A stretch of 64,000 nt of DNA from a virus (IMGVR_UViG_3300011113_000784:1-64000); one strand, 5' to 3'; numbered from the stretch's first letter, positions 48,305 through 59,060 are shown. The notes: a model not told the origin generated them from the letters alone. Numbers and translations: made by a program.

Positions 48305-50380
48305 ATGGTTACTTTGAGCCAATTTGTAGATAAGAGCAAGTTAGAACAATTTAATAAATTAAATGAAGTGATTGGTTTTGAGGAGTACCTTAACAGGTGC
48401 TATGCTAATCCAAAACTTGTCAGAAATTCACATCAAAGAATTTATGACATGATTGTCTCGCAAGGCACATCTGAAATTGAAAAATATCGCAAGAAGGTGA
48501 CAGTTTATAACTTCTTTGAAAAGCATGAACAAATTAAAGTGTTCGGCATCGAAGAGCAACTTGAATCACTTGTTGCTCACTATAAGGGCGCTGCTGGTAG
48601 CTATGGACCAGAAAAGCGCATTCTTCTTCTCTGCGGTCCTGTAGGATCTGCAAAGTCTACAATCGTTCGTCTCATCAAGCGCAGCATGGAAGATTATTCT
48701 CAAACTGATGCTGGCACATGGTTTACCTATCGCTGGATTAATCTTCCTACTGGTGGCGATGGTATTTACACATCTGACACTTGTGAATGCCCAATGAATG
48801 AAGAGCCTTTAAAGCTTCTTCCATTTGATGTTCGCAAGAAGATTCTTGATGAACTTAATGCTATTCACAAAGAGCAAGCTGACGCATCCCAGCGCACAAC
48901 GCTCTACTCACTTGATGTTAAAGGCGAAATTAATCCTAAGTGCAAGTTCTTCTACGACAAGCTTCTTGAAAAGTATAACGGTGATTGGTCACAAGTTATT
49001 TCTAATCACATTGAAGTAGTTCGTAAAACTTACAATGAAGCCAAGCGTGTCGGTATTGCTTCTTTCCAACCAAAAGATGAGAAGAATCAAGATAGCACTG
49101 AATTGACTGGCGATATTAACTTTGCGTTGCTTCCAACATTTGGTAGCGATTCTGATCCAAGGTGTTTTAACTTTGATGGTGAGTTTGAAGTTGCCAATCG
49201 TGGCATCATTGAATTCATCGAAATGTTAAAGCTTGAAGTTGCATTCCTTTACGATCTCTTGGGTGCTTCACAAGAGCAATCTATTAAGCCCAAAAAGTAT
49301 TCTCAAATTTCAATCGATGAGTCGATCATCGGGCATACAAACATGCCTGAATATGAAAAGTTAAAGAATAACCAGTTCATGGAAGCTCTCAAGGACCGTA
49401 CTGTTCGTATTGAGATTCCTTATCTCCTTGAATGGAGCAAAGAACTCAAAGTTCTTGAGCAAGATTATAACTCCGATAAGATTAAGCAGCATATTGCTCC
49501 TCATACTCTTGAAATTGCTGCTTTGTTTGCTGTCCTTACCAGACTTGAGGACGATAAGGACAACAAGATCACTATTACGGAGAAGGCTGATCTTTATGAT
49601 GGCAAGATGCTTCCCGGTTGGACTGTAGATAGAGTTAAGGAACTACGAGACAAGAACCCAGCCGAAGGCATGGTCGGGCTTTCTGCTCGTTATGTTCAAG
49701 ACAAGGTTTCTTCTACTTTGTCTAGCCGACATGATTATATTAATCCATTCATGGTCCTTAATGCTCTTAAGAGCGGTCTTGATAACCACTCGTTGATTAC
49801 AAACAAGGATCTTGTTCGCAAGTATCAGAACTGCATTACTTTGGCTACAAAGAAGCTAGATGATATTCTCAAGAATGAGGTTCAAAAAGCCTTGGTTGGT
49901 GACGAAGAAGCTATCGTGAGGTTGTGTGCTAACTATATCGATAACCTCATGGCTTATATCAACAAGGCAAAGATCCTTAATAAGATTACTGGCAGGGAAG
50001 AAACTGCTGATGAAAAGTTGATGCGATCAATTGAATCTAAGATTGATGTGCCAGAATCAACCTGTGATGACTTCCGTAGAATGATTGCAGCTTTCATCGG
50101 TGACCTTGCGGTTAAGGGCAAGACTTTTCGATGGGATAGCAATCCCCTTCTTAAGAGAGCTTTGGAATCCAAGTTGTTTGAAGATACAAAGGATCATATT
50201 AAGCTAAGTGCTTTTTCTTCTGGCGCAAGTACAGTTGATCCTGATGTTCAGAAGAAAATTGATGCTGTAAAGCAGCGTTTGGTTGATAAATACGGTTATA
50301 ACGATCAGTCTGCCACAGATGTTCTAGATTATGTTTCTAGCATCTTTGCCAGAGGCGATCTTGCAGACGATAACGACTAA
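48305..50380 (+). CDS. prkA: PrkA/YeaG AAA+ serine kinase
   Basis: KRILLLCGPVGSAKST, PKDEKNQDSTELTGDI, SDSDPR-F-FDGE..ANRG..EF-EMLKL. Confidence 0.95.
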   Translation: MVTLSQFVDKSKLEQFNKLNEVIGFEEYLNRCYANPKLVRNSHQRIYDMIVSQGTSEIEKYRKKVTVYNFFEKHEQIKVFGIEEQLESLVAHYKGAAGSYGPEKRILLLCGPVGSAKSTIVRLIKRSMEDYSQTDAGTWFTYRWINLPTGGDGIYTSDTCECPMNEEPLKLLPFDVRKKILDELNAIHKEQADASQRTTLYSLDVKGEINPKCKFFYDKLLEKYNGDWSQVISNHIEVVRKTYNEAKRVGIASFQPKDEKNQDSTELTGDINFALLPTFGSDSDPRCFNFDGEFEVANRGIIEFIEMLKLEVAFLYDLLGASQEQSIKPKKYSQISIDESIIGHTNMPEYEKLKNNQFMEALKDRTVRIEIPYLLEWSKELKVLEQDYNSDKIKQHIAPHTLEIAALFAVLTRLEDDKDNKITITEKADLYDGKMLPGWTVDRVKELRDKNPAEGMVGLSARYVQDKVSSTLSSRHDYINPFMVLNALKSGLDNHSLITNKDLVRKYQNCITLATKKLDDILKNEVQKALVGDEEAIVRLCANYIDNLMAYINKAKILNKITGREETADEKLMRSIESKIDVPESTCDDFRRMIAAFIGDLAVKGKTFRWDSNPLLKRALESKLFEDTKDHIKLSAFSSGASTVDPDVQKKIDAVKQRLVDKYGYNDQSATDVLDYVSSIFARGDLADDND

Positions 50381-50395
50381 TATGAGGACTAACAA

Positions 50396-51589
50396 ATGCC
50401 TCGCCGTATTGATTCTGACCATAAAGACTTCAGAGATGTAGTCAGTGGCAGAATTAGAAAAAATCTAAAAAAGTTTATCAAGAGTGGCGAAATATTTCGC
50501 CACCGTGGTAAAAATGGCAAAGTATCAATAAAGATTCCTGCAATTGATATCCCTCACTTTCTTCACGGCAAGAACCCTAATGGGGTAGGTCGTGGAGAAG
50601 GACAAGAAGGAGATACTGTTGGCAAGGACAAGGGGCAAGGTCAAGGACAAGGAAACGGCGCTGGTCAGGATGAAAGCGAAGGCGTAATTGTTCAGCTAGA
50701 TATGGAGGACATCCTTCACTTCATGAAGGATGAATTGATGCTTCCTAATCTCAAACCTAAGCAACAAGCCAACCTTGAAGATGTAAAAATTAAGTATAAT
50801 AATATCTCTCTAGTTGGTCCAGAATCACTTAGGCATACTCGTCGCACAATGTTAACTGCGATGAAGCGCCTTTGCGGTACTGGCGAAATCAATAATTTAT
50901 ATGAAATTCCCGGCATTAAAGATAAAGTCAAAATGATCAATCCGATTAATTCGGATAAGAGATATCGTCAATATAAAGAGATTAGATTTCCTTCCAGCAA
51001 TGCTGTTGTTATTTTTGCTCGTGATGCCAGTGGATCAATGGATGATCGTAAAGTGGCAGTTGTTTCTGATATGGCTTATTGGATTGATGTTTATATTAGG
51101 AATTTCTATGAACGAGTTGAGAGGCTTTATGTTTGGCACGATGTAGCTGCCCATGAAGTTGATGCAAAAGATTTTTATCGAATCAGAAATGGTGGTGGCA
51201 CTACTTGTTCTACTGCTTTAGAATTAGTTGCCAAACAATTTGAAAACAGATTTCCTCCTAAAAATTGGAATATTTATTTCTTTTATTTCACTGATGGTGA
51301 AAATTACGATAATGACAACGATGTTTTTACGACTTTGTTAAAGAAAGAGTTTCCTCAAAATATTGTTAATCTTGTTTCTATAACTCAAATTGGTGCTTAT
51401 TCTTACAAAAACAGTGTTGCTGAGGTAGTTGAAAAAGAAATTGTTGAAGGTGGCTTAGATGATAATGTAATTGTTACAGAAATTCCATTTGATGCAATTA
51501 ACAATGAAGAAAAAAGAAATGAAGCTATATTAAAAGCAATAAAAGATATATTGGGCAACCCGTTTAAAAGCGCCAATGAGGTTTTCTAA
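50396..51589 (+). CDS. yeaH: YeaH/YhbH (DUF444) VWA-like protein
   Basis: LPNLKPK, SNAVVIFARDASGSM, GGT..S, NIYFFYFTDGEN. Confidence 0.9.
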   Translation: MPRRIDSDHKDFRDVVSGRIRKNLKKFIKSGEIFRHRGKNGKVSIKIPAIDIPHFLHGKNPNGVGRGEGQEGDTVGKDKGQGQGQGNGAGQDESEGVIVQLDMEDILHFMKDELMLPNLKPKQQANLEDVKIKYNNISLVGPESLRHTRRTMLTAMKRLCGTGEINNLYEIPGIKDKVKMINPINSDKRYRQYKEIRFPSSNAVVIFARDASGSMDDRKVAVVSDMAYWIDVYIRNFYERVERLYVWHDVAAHEVDAKDFYRIRNGGGTTCSTALELVAKQFENRFPPKNWNIYFFYFTDGENYDNDNDVFTTLLKKEFPQNIVNLVSITQIGAYSYKNSVAEVVEKEIVEGGLDDNVIVTEIPFDAINNEEKRNEAILKAIKDILGNPFKSANEVF

Positions 51590-53184
51590 TGTCAGACAAA
51601 TTCTTATTTGGTTCGCCTGTTCTTTTCGGATCTGCTACTACTCCCGGCGTACCTATTCCTGAAGAACTCAACAAACATATTCCAACTATTTTTCAAGCTT
51701 GTAAAGATTTTGGACTAGATTTTTATCCAACAATTGTCCAGATGCTTTCTCATGACGAAATGAGTGAAGTTGCAAGTTATGGTGGATTTGCATCGAGATA
51801 TCCACATTGGAAGTTTGGTGCTGAATATGAAGAGATGCAAAGAGGTTATCTTCACGGAAATCATAGAATATATGAAATGGTGGTAAATTGTAATCCGGCT
51901 TATCTATATTGCCTGAATTCGAATACATTGCTTGACAATATTACAGTAATTGCTCATGCGCTTGGTCATGTTCATTTCTTTAAGAATAATATTCATTTTT
52001 CTAGAACAAATACAAATGCACATAACGAACTGGCAAATAACGGTTCTAATGTAAGAAAGTATATGTCTCGTTATGGTAGAGAAACTGTAACAGAATTTAT
52101 GGATCATTTGTTCCGAATTGAAACTCTTGTTGATCCAATGAATATCTGGAAAGAAAGAAAAGCTAAAGAAGTTGTCATTAGGGACAAAAAAGACTATGTA
52201 TTTCCTAAAAGGATTAAGACAAATCAAGATTATATGGAAAACTGGATTAATACTCCAGAGTTTATAGAAGCTCAAAATAAGAAAATTGAAGAACAAGAGA
52301 TCATGAGAGATCTCAATGCATTCGCTTCTCCTGAATCAGATATATTTGGATATATCAAAGACAATGCGCCATTCAAACCTTGGCAGCGTGATATTGCTGA
52401 GATTTTGTACAATGAAGCTATTTATTTTAGTCCACAAGGCAAAACCAAGGTAACTAATGAAGGTTTTGCTAGTTATTGCGATTATCATCTTATCGCTAAA
52501 CAAGGATACGCTTCTTTAGGACAAGATAATGAGGATGGGGGTATTGTTGAGTACTCTATTCATAAAGCTGGTGTATTGGGCGGCAAATATAGCATGAATC
52601 CATACAAGCTTGGATTTATGTTATTAATGGATATCGAAGAAAGATGGAACAAGGGTAGATTTGGATCAGATTATGCCAATTGCACTAATCCAATTGAAAG
52701 GGAAAATTGGGATCTTAATCTTGGACTTGGTAAGGAAAAAGTTTTTGAGGTTTGCAAGAACTACGATGATTATCAATTCATAAATGAATTTTTTACCAAG
52801 GAGTTCTGTGAAAAGAATGAGTTCTTTGAGTACAAGCGTTATCCGACTGGTGAAATAAAGTTGGAAAGCAGAGATTACAAAAAGATCAAAAGAGAGTTGT
52901 TGCGTAAGCATATTAATCGTGGTTTGCCAAATATTAAGCTTGTTGAGCCTAGATTTAAAGGCAACATGTTTTTCATGGAGCATAAGTGGCAAGGTGTAGA
53001 ACTTTATAAACCTTATGCTTACGAAGTGATGAAGTCTATTTGTTATCTTGTGAGACAACCTGTTGTATTGCAAACCAAGAATCATAATGGGGATGAAGCA
53101 TTTTATTATTGCCAAGATTTGAACGGGGATTATGCTGCGGCTGATCCTAAATCTTTAACAAGAGATCAATTGAATAAACTATGA
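51589..53184 (+). CDS. spoVR: SpoVR/YcgB family protein
   Basis: RYPHWKFG, IYEMVVN-NP, AHALGHVHFFKNN, TKVTNEGFASY, NPYKLG. Confidence 0.93.
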   Translation: MSDKFLFGSPVLFGSATTPGVPIPEELNKHIPTIFQACKDFGLDFYPTIVQMLSHDEMSEVASYGGFASRYPHWKFGAEYEEMQRGYLHGNHRIYEMVVNCNPAYLYCLNSNTLLDNITVIAHALGHVHFFKNNIHFSRTNTNAHNELANNGSNVRKYMSRYGRETVTEFMDHLFRIETLVDPMNIWKERKAKEVVIRDKKDYVFPKRIKTNQDYMENWINTPEFIEAQNKKIEEQEIMRDLNAFASPESDIFGYIKDNAPFKPWQRDIAEILYNEAIYFSPQGKTKVTNEGFASYCDYHLIAKQGYASLGQDNEDGGIVEYSIHKAGVLGGKYSMNPYKLGFMLLMDIEERWNKGRFGSDYANCTNPIERENWDLNLGLGKEKVFEVCKNYDDYQFINEFFTKEFCEKNEFFEYKRYPTGEIKLESRDYKKIKRELLRKHINRGLPNIKLVEPRFKGNMFFMEHKWQGVELYKPYAYEVMKSICYLVRQPVVLQTKNHNGDEAFYYCQDLNGDYAAADPKSLTRDQLNKL

Positions 53185-53927
53185 ACCACCCCTCTTTTAG
53201 GTTTGTTTTTCAAAATGCTCCCGGTTTGCCATTTACTAAGTGGTACAAACAATTTGATGAAAGTTTAAGTGATAGAAATTCTAAAACATTTTTATTTGCT
53301 GACAGGTCAATTGCAAATTCTTGTTTTGTCAAAAGTATTCTTAGCCACAAAATATTTTTGAATATTTTTTGTTCAGAAAATATATTTGAAGAATTATCTT
53401 TAATACAAGAAAATATTAAGAAGCATTGCGAATCAATGCTTTTGAGAGGTATGTTTTCTGAATGTAAAATTGATTTCAATAGTGAAAAACATAAAGATTT
53501 TGTTTTAAGAGATTATAATCAAATTAATATAGGTGATATGTTTGGAGAAGAGTGGCAATTTTACTCTCAAAACAAAGCTAGATTGTTTTACAAACTAAGT
53601 GATTATTATTCAAATCTTTCTTTTGGATATATTTGGTCTTTCTTTTTTACAGAAAGTGATACAGAAGCACTTGTAGCAGACGAGTATGTAAAAAAGAATT
53701 TACATATTTTCAGTCGTCATATGAAATTAAACTATGAACCAGAAAACAATAAAAAATATAAAATAATTTATTTGGATACAATGGGTAAGAGAATAAATAT
53801 CAATACATTTATGGAAAAATTGGAGCAAAATGGTTTGTTGTTATTAAAAAACCTTGATGTTGAAGGACCAAACATGGTAGGATGGCGTGATCTGAAAAAT
53901 AAAATGATTGGACTGGTGAAGATTTAA
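53181..53927 (+). CDS. Hypothetical protein
   Basis: 248-aa AT-rich ORF. Confidence 0.6.
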   Translation: MNHPSFRFVFQNAPGLPFTKWYKQFDESLSDRNSKTFLFADRSIANSCFVKSILSHKIFLNIFCSENIFEELSLIQENIKKHCESMLLRGMFSECKIDFNSEKHKDFVLRDYNQINIGDMFGEEWQFYSQNKARLFYKLSDYYSNLSFGYIWSFFFTESDTEALVADEYVKKNLHIFSRHMKLNYEPENNKKYKIIYLDTMGKRININTFMEKLEQNGLLLLKNLDVEGPNMVGWRDLKNKMIGLVKI

Positions 53928-53928
53928 A

Positions 53929-54039
53929 ATGGCACAACTTATGTTAGAATATGTTTTATTTTTAATTTTAGTTTCTGCAATGTTAGGTTTTATTGCGTAT
54001 TTTTCCTATCAAGATAGAAGGAGAGATTTAGATGAATAA
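53929..54039 (+). CDS. 36-aa membrane peptide (not in ORF track)
   Basis: MAQLMLEYVLFLILVSAMLGFIAYFSYQDRRRDLDE. Confidence 0.5.
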   Translation: MAQLMLEYVLFLILVSAMLGFIAYFSYQDRRRDLDE

Positions 54040-54373
54040 TAAAAAAGAAATTAGTTATCAAGATCTCGATGAAATGGAAGAAATTATCGAAGCGTCTACG
54101 GATGGACCGTGGGAGATTTCTTCTCCAGAAGGAGAAGAATGGAGGCAACAAGCTAAAGATTTTGCTTTTATTGCAATGGCTAGAAATGAAATGCCTCGTT
54201 TAATCAAACAGTTGCGCTTGTATATGAAATGCAATGAAGAATTGCAATCATTAGATGGAATGCAACAGATGGCAATCGAAAGACTCAATAAGGAAGTTTC
54301 TCTTCTTCGTGAATCTTTGCGTGTACTTGAACAGCAACATAAATTGATGCTTGTGCAACAAGCAGGCTTGTAG
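54032..54373 (+). CDS. Ead/Ea22-like small phage protein
   Basis: ASTDGPW..DFAFIAMARNEMPRLI. Confidence 0.55.
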   Translation: MNNKKEISYQDLDEMEEIIEASTDGPWEISSPEGEEWRQQAKDFAFIAMARNEMPRLIKQLRLYMKCNEELQSLDGMQQMAIERLNKEVSLLRESLRVLEQQHKLMLVQQAGL

Positions 54374-54415
54374 TATAATTATCGAATACTAACCCTCTTT
54401 CTAACGGTGACGATC

Positions 54416-55800
54416 ATGGAAGAATTGAACAAGGAAGGAGGGCAGCACAAGCAGATGAAGATTGTTGGTTATGAACATCTTCATCTGCACTAGGTCAAAC
54501 AGAATACTCTGTCCTCGACGGTTTTGGTAGCGTTCAGGATTATATTGATAGGTGGTCACCGCATGGCGATTATCTCTGTGTAACAGATCATGGATTAATG
54601 GGTGCTATACCAAGCTTAATCACAAAAACAGAACAAGCAGAAAAGAAATTAAAAAGTTTGTACGGGTGCGAATTGTATGTGAACCCAATTCACAATGAAC
54701 CAACTGAGACTGAAGAAGCTAGAGACAAATTTATAAAAAACTTGTCACCACAAGAATTTGAAGATTTCAAAGTCTCTAGCCACATATTAGCAATTGCCGT
54801 AACCAATAAAGGTTATGAAAACCTAACAAAATTGTGTAGTCTTGGCTGGAGCCAAGGATTTTATCGTAAGCCTAGAGTCAATCACAAAGTTCTTCAACAA
54901 TATAAAGAAGGCATTGTTTTCACTTCTTGTTGTTGTGCTTCTGAAGCAGCAAGAGCTTTGCGTGTACATGGCAAAGAAGTTGCTGAAGCGACTATTCTTA
55001 AATACAAGCAAATGTTTGGAGATAACTTCTATCTTGAAATGATGCTTCTCGATTTTGAGTATCAACATGAGTATGATCAATTTTTAGTTGAGATGCACAT
55101 CAAACATCAAATTCCAATGATCATTACCAATGATGTTCATTACGCATATCAAGAGGATAGCAAGTATCAAACATTAATGATGTTGGTTAATACCAAAAGG
55201 ACATTGGCTGAGATTGAGAAGTTAAAAGCTGAGAATGCTGATGTGTTTGAATTGCAAGATAGAAATTTGTGGATGAAAACAGAGGAAGAATTGAATCAAA
55301 AGTGGGCTGAAAAGTATTCCGATGTAATTCCTTTAGAAATTTATGAACAAGCTAAAATGAATACTGTTAAGATATGCAGAATGGCATCTGGCTTAAAATT
55401 AGATAGAAGTGTAAAACTACCAAGGCTCAATGATGATGAAGGCGTTTTAAAAGATTTGGTTTTAAGAGGAATGACATATAGGGGAATATCAAAATCTAAT
55501 CGTATTTACACAAAGCGTATTGCAGAAGAATTAGATCTTATTTTTAGGAAACAGTTTGCTAGTTACTTTCTCATAGTTAAGAGTTTTACAGATGAAGCTA
55601 GAAGAAAGTGTCAAGAGATTACTGGGTTGGATGGCGTTTATGCGGTTGGACCCGGTAGAGGGTCTGGTGCTGGTTCTCTTGTGTTATATCTTCTTGGCGT
55701 TACTGATGTAGACCCAATAAAGCATGAACTTCTGTTCTCACGATTCTTATCGGAGAACAGAGGTTCACAAGCAGTATTAAAATTTAGTCAAGGTGACTGA
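54416..55800 (+). CDS. dnaE: DNA polymerase III alpha N-terminal part (PHP + partial palm), interrupted by 8 nt after HLHLH
   Basis: EHLHLH-TAG at 54491, then TEYSVLDG, VTDHG, GCELY, GFYRKPR, TNDVHY, GPGRGSGAGSLV-YLLGVTDVDPI..LLFSRFL in the frame of ORF 54598. Confidence 0.88.
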
Positions 55801-56077
55801 CTTCATAGTCATCAAAGTTACTTCCTTTAGAGAAGTCAACATTTGGTGTTCCAAGATCGCCAAAAGGTTTGTCAGTATTATAACCTTTTGCACGATATGC
55901 TTGGCTCTTTTTGCCTTGTAGTGGGAAGCTATAATGCTTTCCTTTAACGCCAGTATCTTCAGGGGCTTCTGGTTGGGGGAAAGCATAAGATTTCATGATA
56001 TCTTGAAGTTTTTTCTGAGAATCGCTAATTTCTAGATCTTTTTTATATTGCTCTAAAGTCTTAATTTTCTTTGCCAT
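55784..56077 (-). CDS. Hypothetical protein inserted between the dnaE halves
   Basis: SD GAGG; 97 aa. Confidence 0.65.
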   Translation of the reverse strand: MAKKIKTLEQYKKDLEISDSQKKLQDIMKSYAFPQPEAPEDTGVKGKHYSFPLQGKKSQAYRAKGYNTDKPFGDLGTPNVDFSKGSNFDDYEVSHLD

Positions 56078-56142
56078 GATTCACCTCTACTTTATTTAGA
56101 TTTTCACATTGATTTTTACCGCTAAATGCTTAAAATCATGGT

Positions 56143-58614
56143 ATGAATACCATATCTGTCGAAGATTTTAATAAAATTATCAACAATCAATTCAAGAAAT
56201 TTCCTTTTCATGATGATCCACGATATCAATTCAGGCTTAGATATGAGCTTTTAGAAATAGAAACACAAAATTGTTGTGATTATTTTATAGATTTGGTCAA
56301 ACAAAAGAAAAAATTTCTTAATGAAAACAATTTACTTGTCCCAGTGTTACTGGGAATTTGCAATGAATTCAATATTGATGAAATGCCCAAAACTAAAACA
56401 AATGAATTCCCCGATGTTGATATCGATTTCTTGGCAGATGTTCGTGATTATCTAAAAAACGAATATGCTCCCAATCAATATAAAGCTGAAAATACATGCT
56501 CTATTGGTACTTACGGCAGATATGCTTTAAAGAGCGCCATGATTGATATGGCAAGAATCTATGGATATGACCGACAAGAAGTTTTAAATATTACAACAAA
56601 TTTGAGAATGAAAGACGAAGATGGAGATGAATTGACATATGAAGAAGCTTTAGAAATGTATCCTGAGTTGAAATCTTATATGGACAAGTATCCAGAATTA
56701 GCATTAGCTGTTCAAAAGCTTATTCACAGAGTACGCAATACCGGCAAACATGCTGGCGGTGTAATTGTTGCCAAGGACGAGATTAATAAGTTTGTTCCAT
56801 TGATGAAAACCACAGGTGGTGACCAGCTTGTATCACAGTTTGTAGAAGGTTTGGCTACACAAGAATTAGGACCAATAGGTCTGGTAAAATTCGACTTGCT
56901 TGTTGTGTCTGCGTTAGAGCAGACGGGTCACGCAGTAAAAATGATAAAGGATAGGCATAATATCAAATTAATTTCAGGTGACAATCACGATTGGGACAAC
57001 ACAGATTATTTGAATGACCCCAAGGCTATTGCGAATGCCAACGAAGCAGATTTGATTGGCATATTCCAATATGATAGCAATGGGATTAGAGAAGTTGTAA
57101 AAGCTTCTGGTATTGATAGTTTTGATGACTTGGTTGCGATTGTCAGTTTGTATCGTCCCGGTCCATTGAATGCAGAAATGGATCAAGTGTTCATCAGAAG
57201 AAAAACAGGACAAGAAGAATATACAATCAATCCCGTGCTTGAACCTGTTCTTAAATCAACTTATGGAATTATTATCTACCAAGAACAAGTAATGAGGATT
57301 CTGAATGTTGTTGGCAAAATCCCTCTGAAAGATTGCGAAACAATCAGAAAGGCTATTTCTAAAAAGAAGATATCAAGTTTCATCAAGTATAAAGAACAAT
57401 TCATTGAAAACGGTGTTAATGTTCTTGGAATTTCCAGAGAAGAAGTCGCTGATATATTTCAGAATATTGAATTCTTCTCAGCTTATGGTTTTAACTTAAG
57501 TCATGCCACCGCTTATACTTACATCAGCAGCCGACAATTATATTTGAAAACTTATTATCCATTAGAATTCTTTACTGCTTTGTTGATGTTGGAAGGTAGT
57601 GAAGAGAAGAAGCGCATTTATATTACAGATGCTCAAAATCATGGAATTGAAGTTCGGGCAGTTGACCTAAACACAAGCAAAGCCAATTTCTCGATACAAG
57701 ATAATGCCATTTACATTGGTTTTGGCAATATTAAAGGTATCGGAATGGATACTGCCAATAAGATTGTAGCCTTGCAACCGTTTAAAGACATAGATGATTT
57801 TCTTCGTCGGTTTGGCACAGACTCTAGTGTTTTGAAAGCACTGATTCCGTTGAAGGTCTTTGGAGAAGACACAAAGAGAGCTTACAACTATTGGCAAGCT
57901 TTTATGGCTAAGAACAAAAAGGTTGTTGACAAAAATAAGAGATCTAATAAGTCTTATCTCGATCTGAAGAAGACAGTGTTATATCTGTTGCCTGAAAAGT
58001 ATAGGAATTTGGAATTGTCTGAAGAATTGTTTTCAATTCTTAAATCAATTAATGATTCTGCTGATGTGAACAAGCTGCATAAGAAATGGGTGAGGATGAA
58101 TTCTAAAGAAGAAGCAAAGATTGAAATTTCTTATGAAGACTTTGATGATGATGACATTGTCATCGAAGATAAAGAGTTGCTGCTTGAATTAAATGATATT
58201 TGTGTGGCTGAGAGAAAGTATTATGGGTTTCAGTTTACTTGCAGACTAAGAATGCTAAAGATGTACAGTGAGAACTGTACATTTGACCGTGTTATTAATT
58301 CTCATGCCTTGGGTGCGACTAAGCACATGGTTCAAATTGAAATATTGGATGTCAATAAAAGATATTCAAAATCTGGTAAGCCCTATTGCCAGTTAGTTGC
58401 TATGGATAGTAATTTCAGAATTGAGAGGATTAATGTGTGGGAAGATGATTACGCTATATTCAAACATTTGCTTGAGGTTAACAAATGTTTGTCAATGCAG
58501 GTCAAACCACCTTCTAATGGATTTTCTACTTATAGCCTAAATTCTCCTCCTAAAAACAGGAGATATTTACTTCCATCATCAGAGATGGATTTCAGAATTG
58601 TTTTAATGGACTAG
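56143..58614 (+). CDS. dnaE: DNA polymerase III alpha catalytic part
   Basis: PDVDIDF, GKHAGGV, GLVKFDLL, GIFQ, LYRPGP, TYGIIIYQEQVM, YGFNLSHATAY, IKGIG, OB-like end. Confidence 0.93.
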   Translation: MNTISVEDFNKIINNQFKKFPFHDDPRYQFRLRYELLEIETQNCCDYFIDLVKQKKKFLNENNLLVPVLLGICNEFNIDEMPKTKTNEFPDVDIDFLADVRDYLKNEYAPNQYKAENTCSIGTYGRYALKSAMIDMARIYGYDRQEVLNITTNLRMKDEDGDELTYEEALEMYPELKSYMDKYPELALAVQKLIHRVRNTGKHAGGVIVAKDEINKFVPLMKTTGGDQLVSQFVEGLATQELGPIGLVKFDLLVVSALEQTGHAVKMIKDRHNIKLISGDNHDWDNTDYLNDPKAIANANEADLIGIFQYDSNGIREVVKASGIDSFDDLVAIVSLYRPGPLNAEMDQVFIRRKTGQEEYTINPVLEPVLKSTYGIIIYQEQVMRILNVVGKIPLKDCETIRKAISKKKISSFIKYKEQFIENGVNVLGISREEVADIFQNIEFFSAYGFNLSHATAYTYISSRQLYLKTYYPLEFFTALLMLEGSEEKKRIYITDAQNHGIEVRAVDLNTSKANFSIQDNAIYIGFGNIKGIGMDTANKIVALQPFKDIDDFLRRFGTDSSVLKALIPLKVFGEDTKRAYNYWQAFMAKNKKVVDKNKRSNKSYLDLKKTVLYLLPEKYRNLELSEELFSILKSINDSADVNKLHKKWVRMNSKEEAKIEISYEDFDDDDIVIEDKELLLELNDICVAERKYYGFQFTCRLRMLKMYSENCTFDRVINSHALGATKHMVQIEILDVNKRYSKSGKPYCQLVAMDSNFRIERINVWEDDYAIFKHLLEVNKCLSMQVKPPSNGFSTYSLNSPPKNRRYLLPSSEMDFRIVLMD

Positions 58615-58622
58615 TTTAATTC

Positions 58623-59060
58623 ATGGAAGATGACATTATAATTGATGATAGCAATTTTCATAAGTATTTTCGTAATACCAGAAATAGCAAAAAGCAAAAA
58701 AATGACATCGTTGTTATGTTCTATACTTCAGCTGTTTTTGCAACTGGGAAATTAAAGGAAGAAATTGTTGATTTGTTGGCAACAGAATTTAGCAGTGTGA
58801 ACAAATGCTTAGGCAAGTTGTTTAAATTTGCTTATGCGCCACATGTAGAAGGCATGAAAATTTGTAAAAGTATAATAAAAGATTATATCGATGGCATGTC
58901 TAAGGATGATATAATAAATAAAGAATATCCTTTTGTATTGCAGATGTTTTTTTACACGAAGGAGAAATATATTCCTAGGAATGATAGGCGTTGGTTGGTG
59001 GTTCCAGATGAATTCAGAAAAAATAATACGAATTTTGCTGCCCTACAAAGAAAAGACTAA
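58623..59060 (+). CDS. Hypothetical protein
   Basis: 145-aa ORF. Confidence 0.65.
   Translation: MEDDIIIDDSNFHKYFRNTRNSKKQKNDIVVMFYTSAVFATGKLKEEIVDLLATEFSSVNKCLGKLFKFAYAPHVEGMKICKSIIKDYIDGMSKDDIINKEYPFVLQMFFYTKEKYIPRNDRRWLVVPDEFRKNNTNFAALQRKD

Noticed and set aside
54491-54493. Genome-wide TAG reassignment as the explanation for the dnaE stop
   Set aside because: The frame also shifts, and TAG ends other genes normally (2871, 28409, 54373, 58614)
55700-56200. Split intein or group I intron joining the dnaE halves
   Set aside because: No intein terminal motifs, no evident intron core, and the halves overlap in homology
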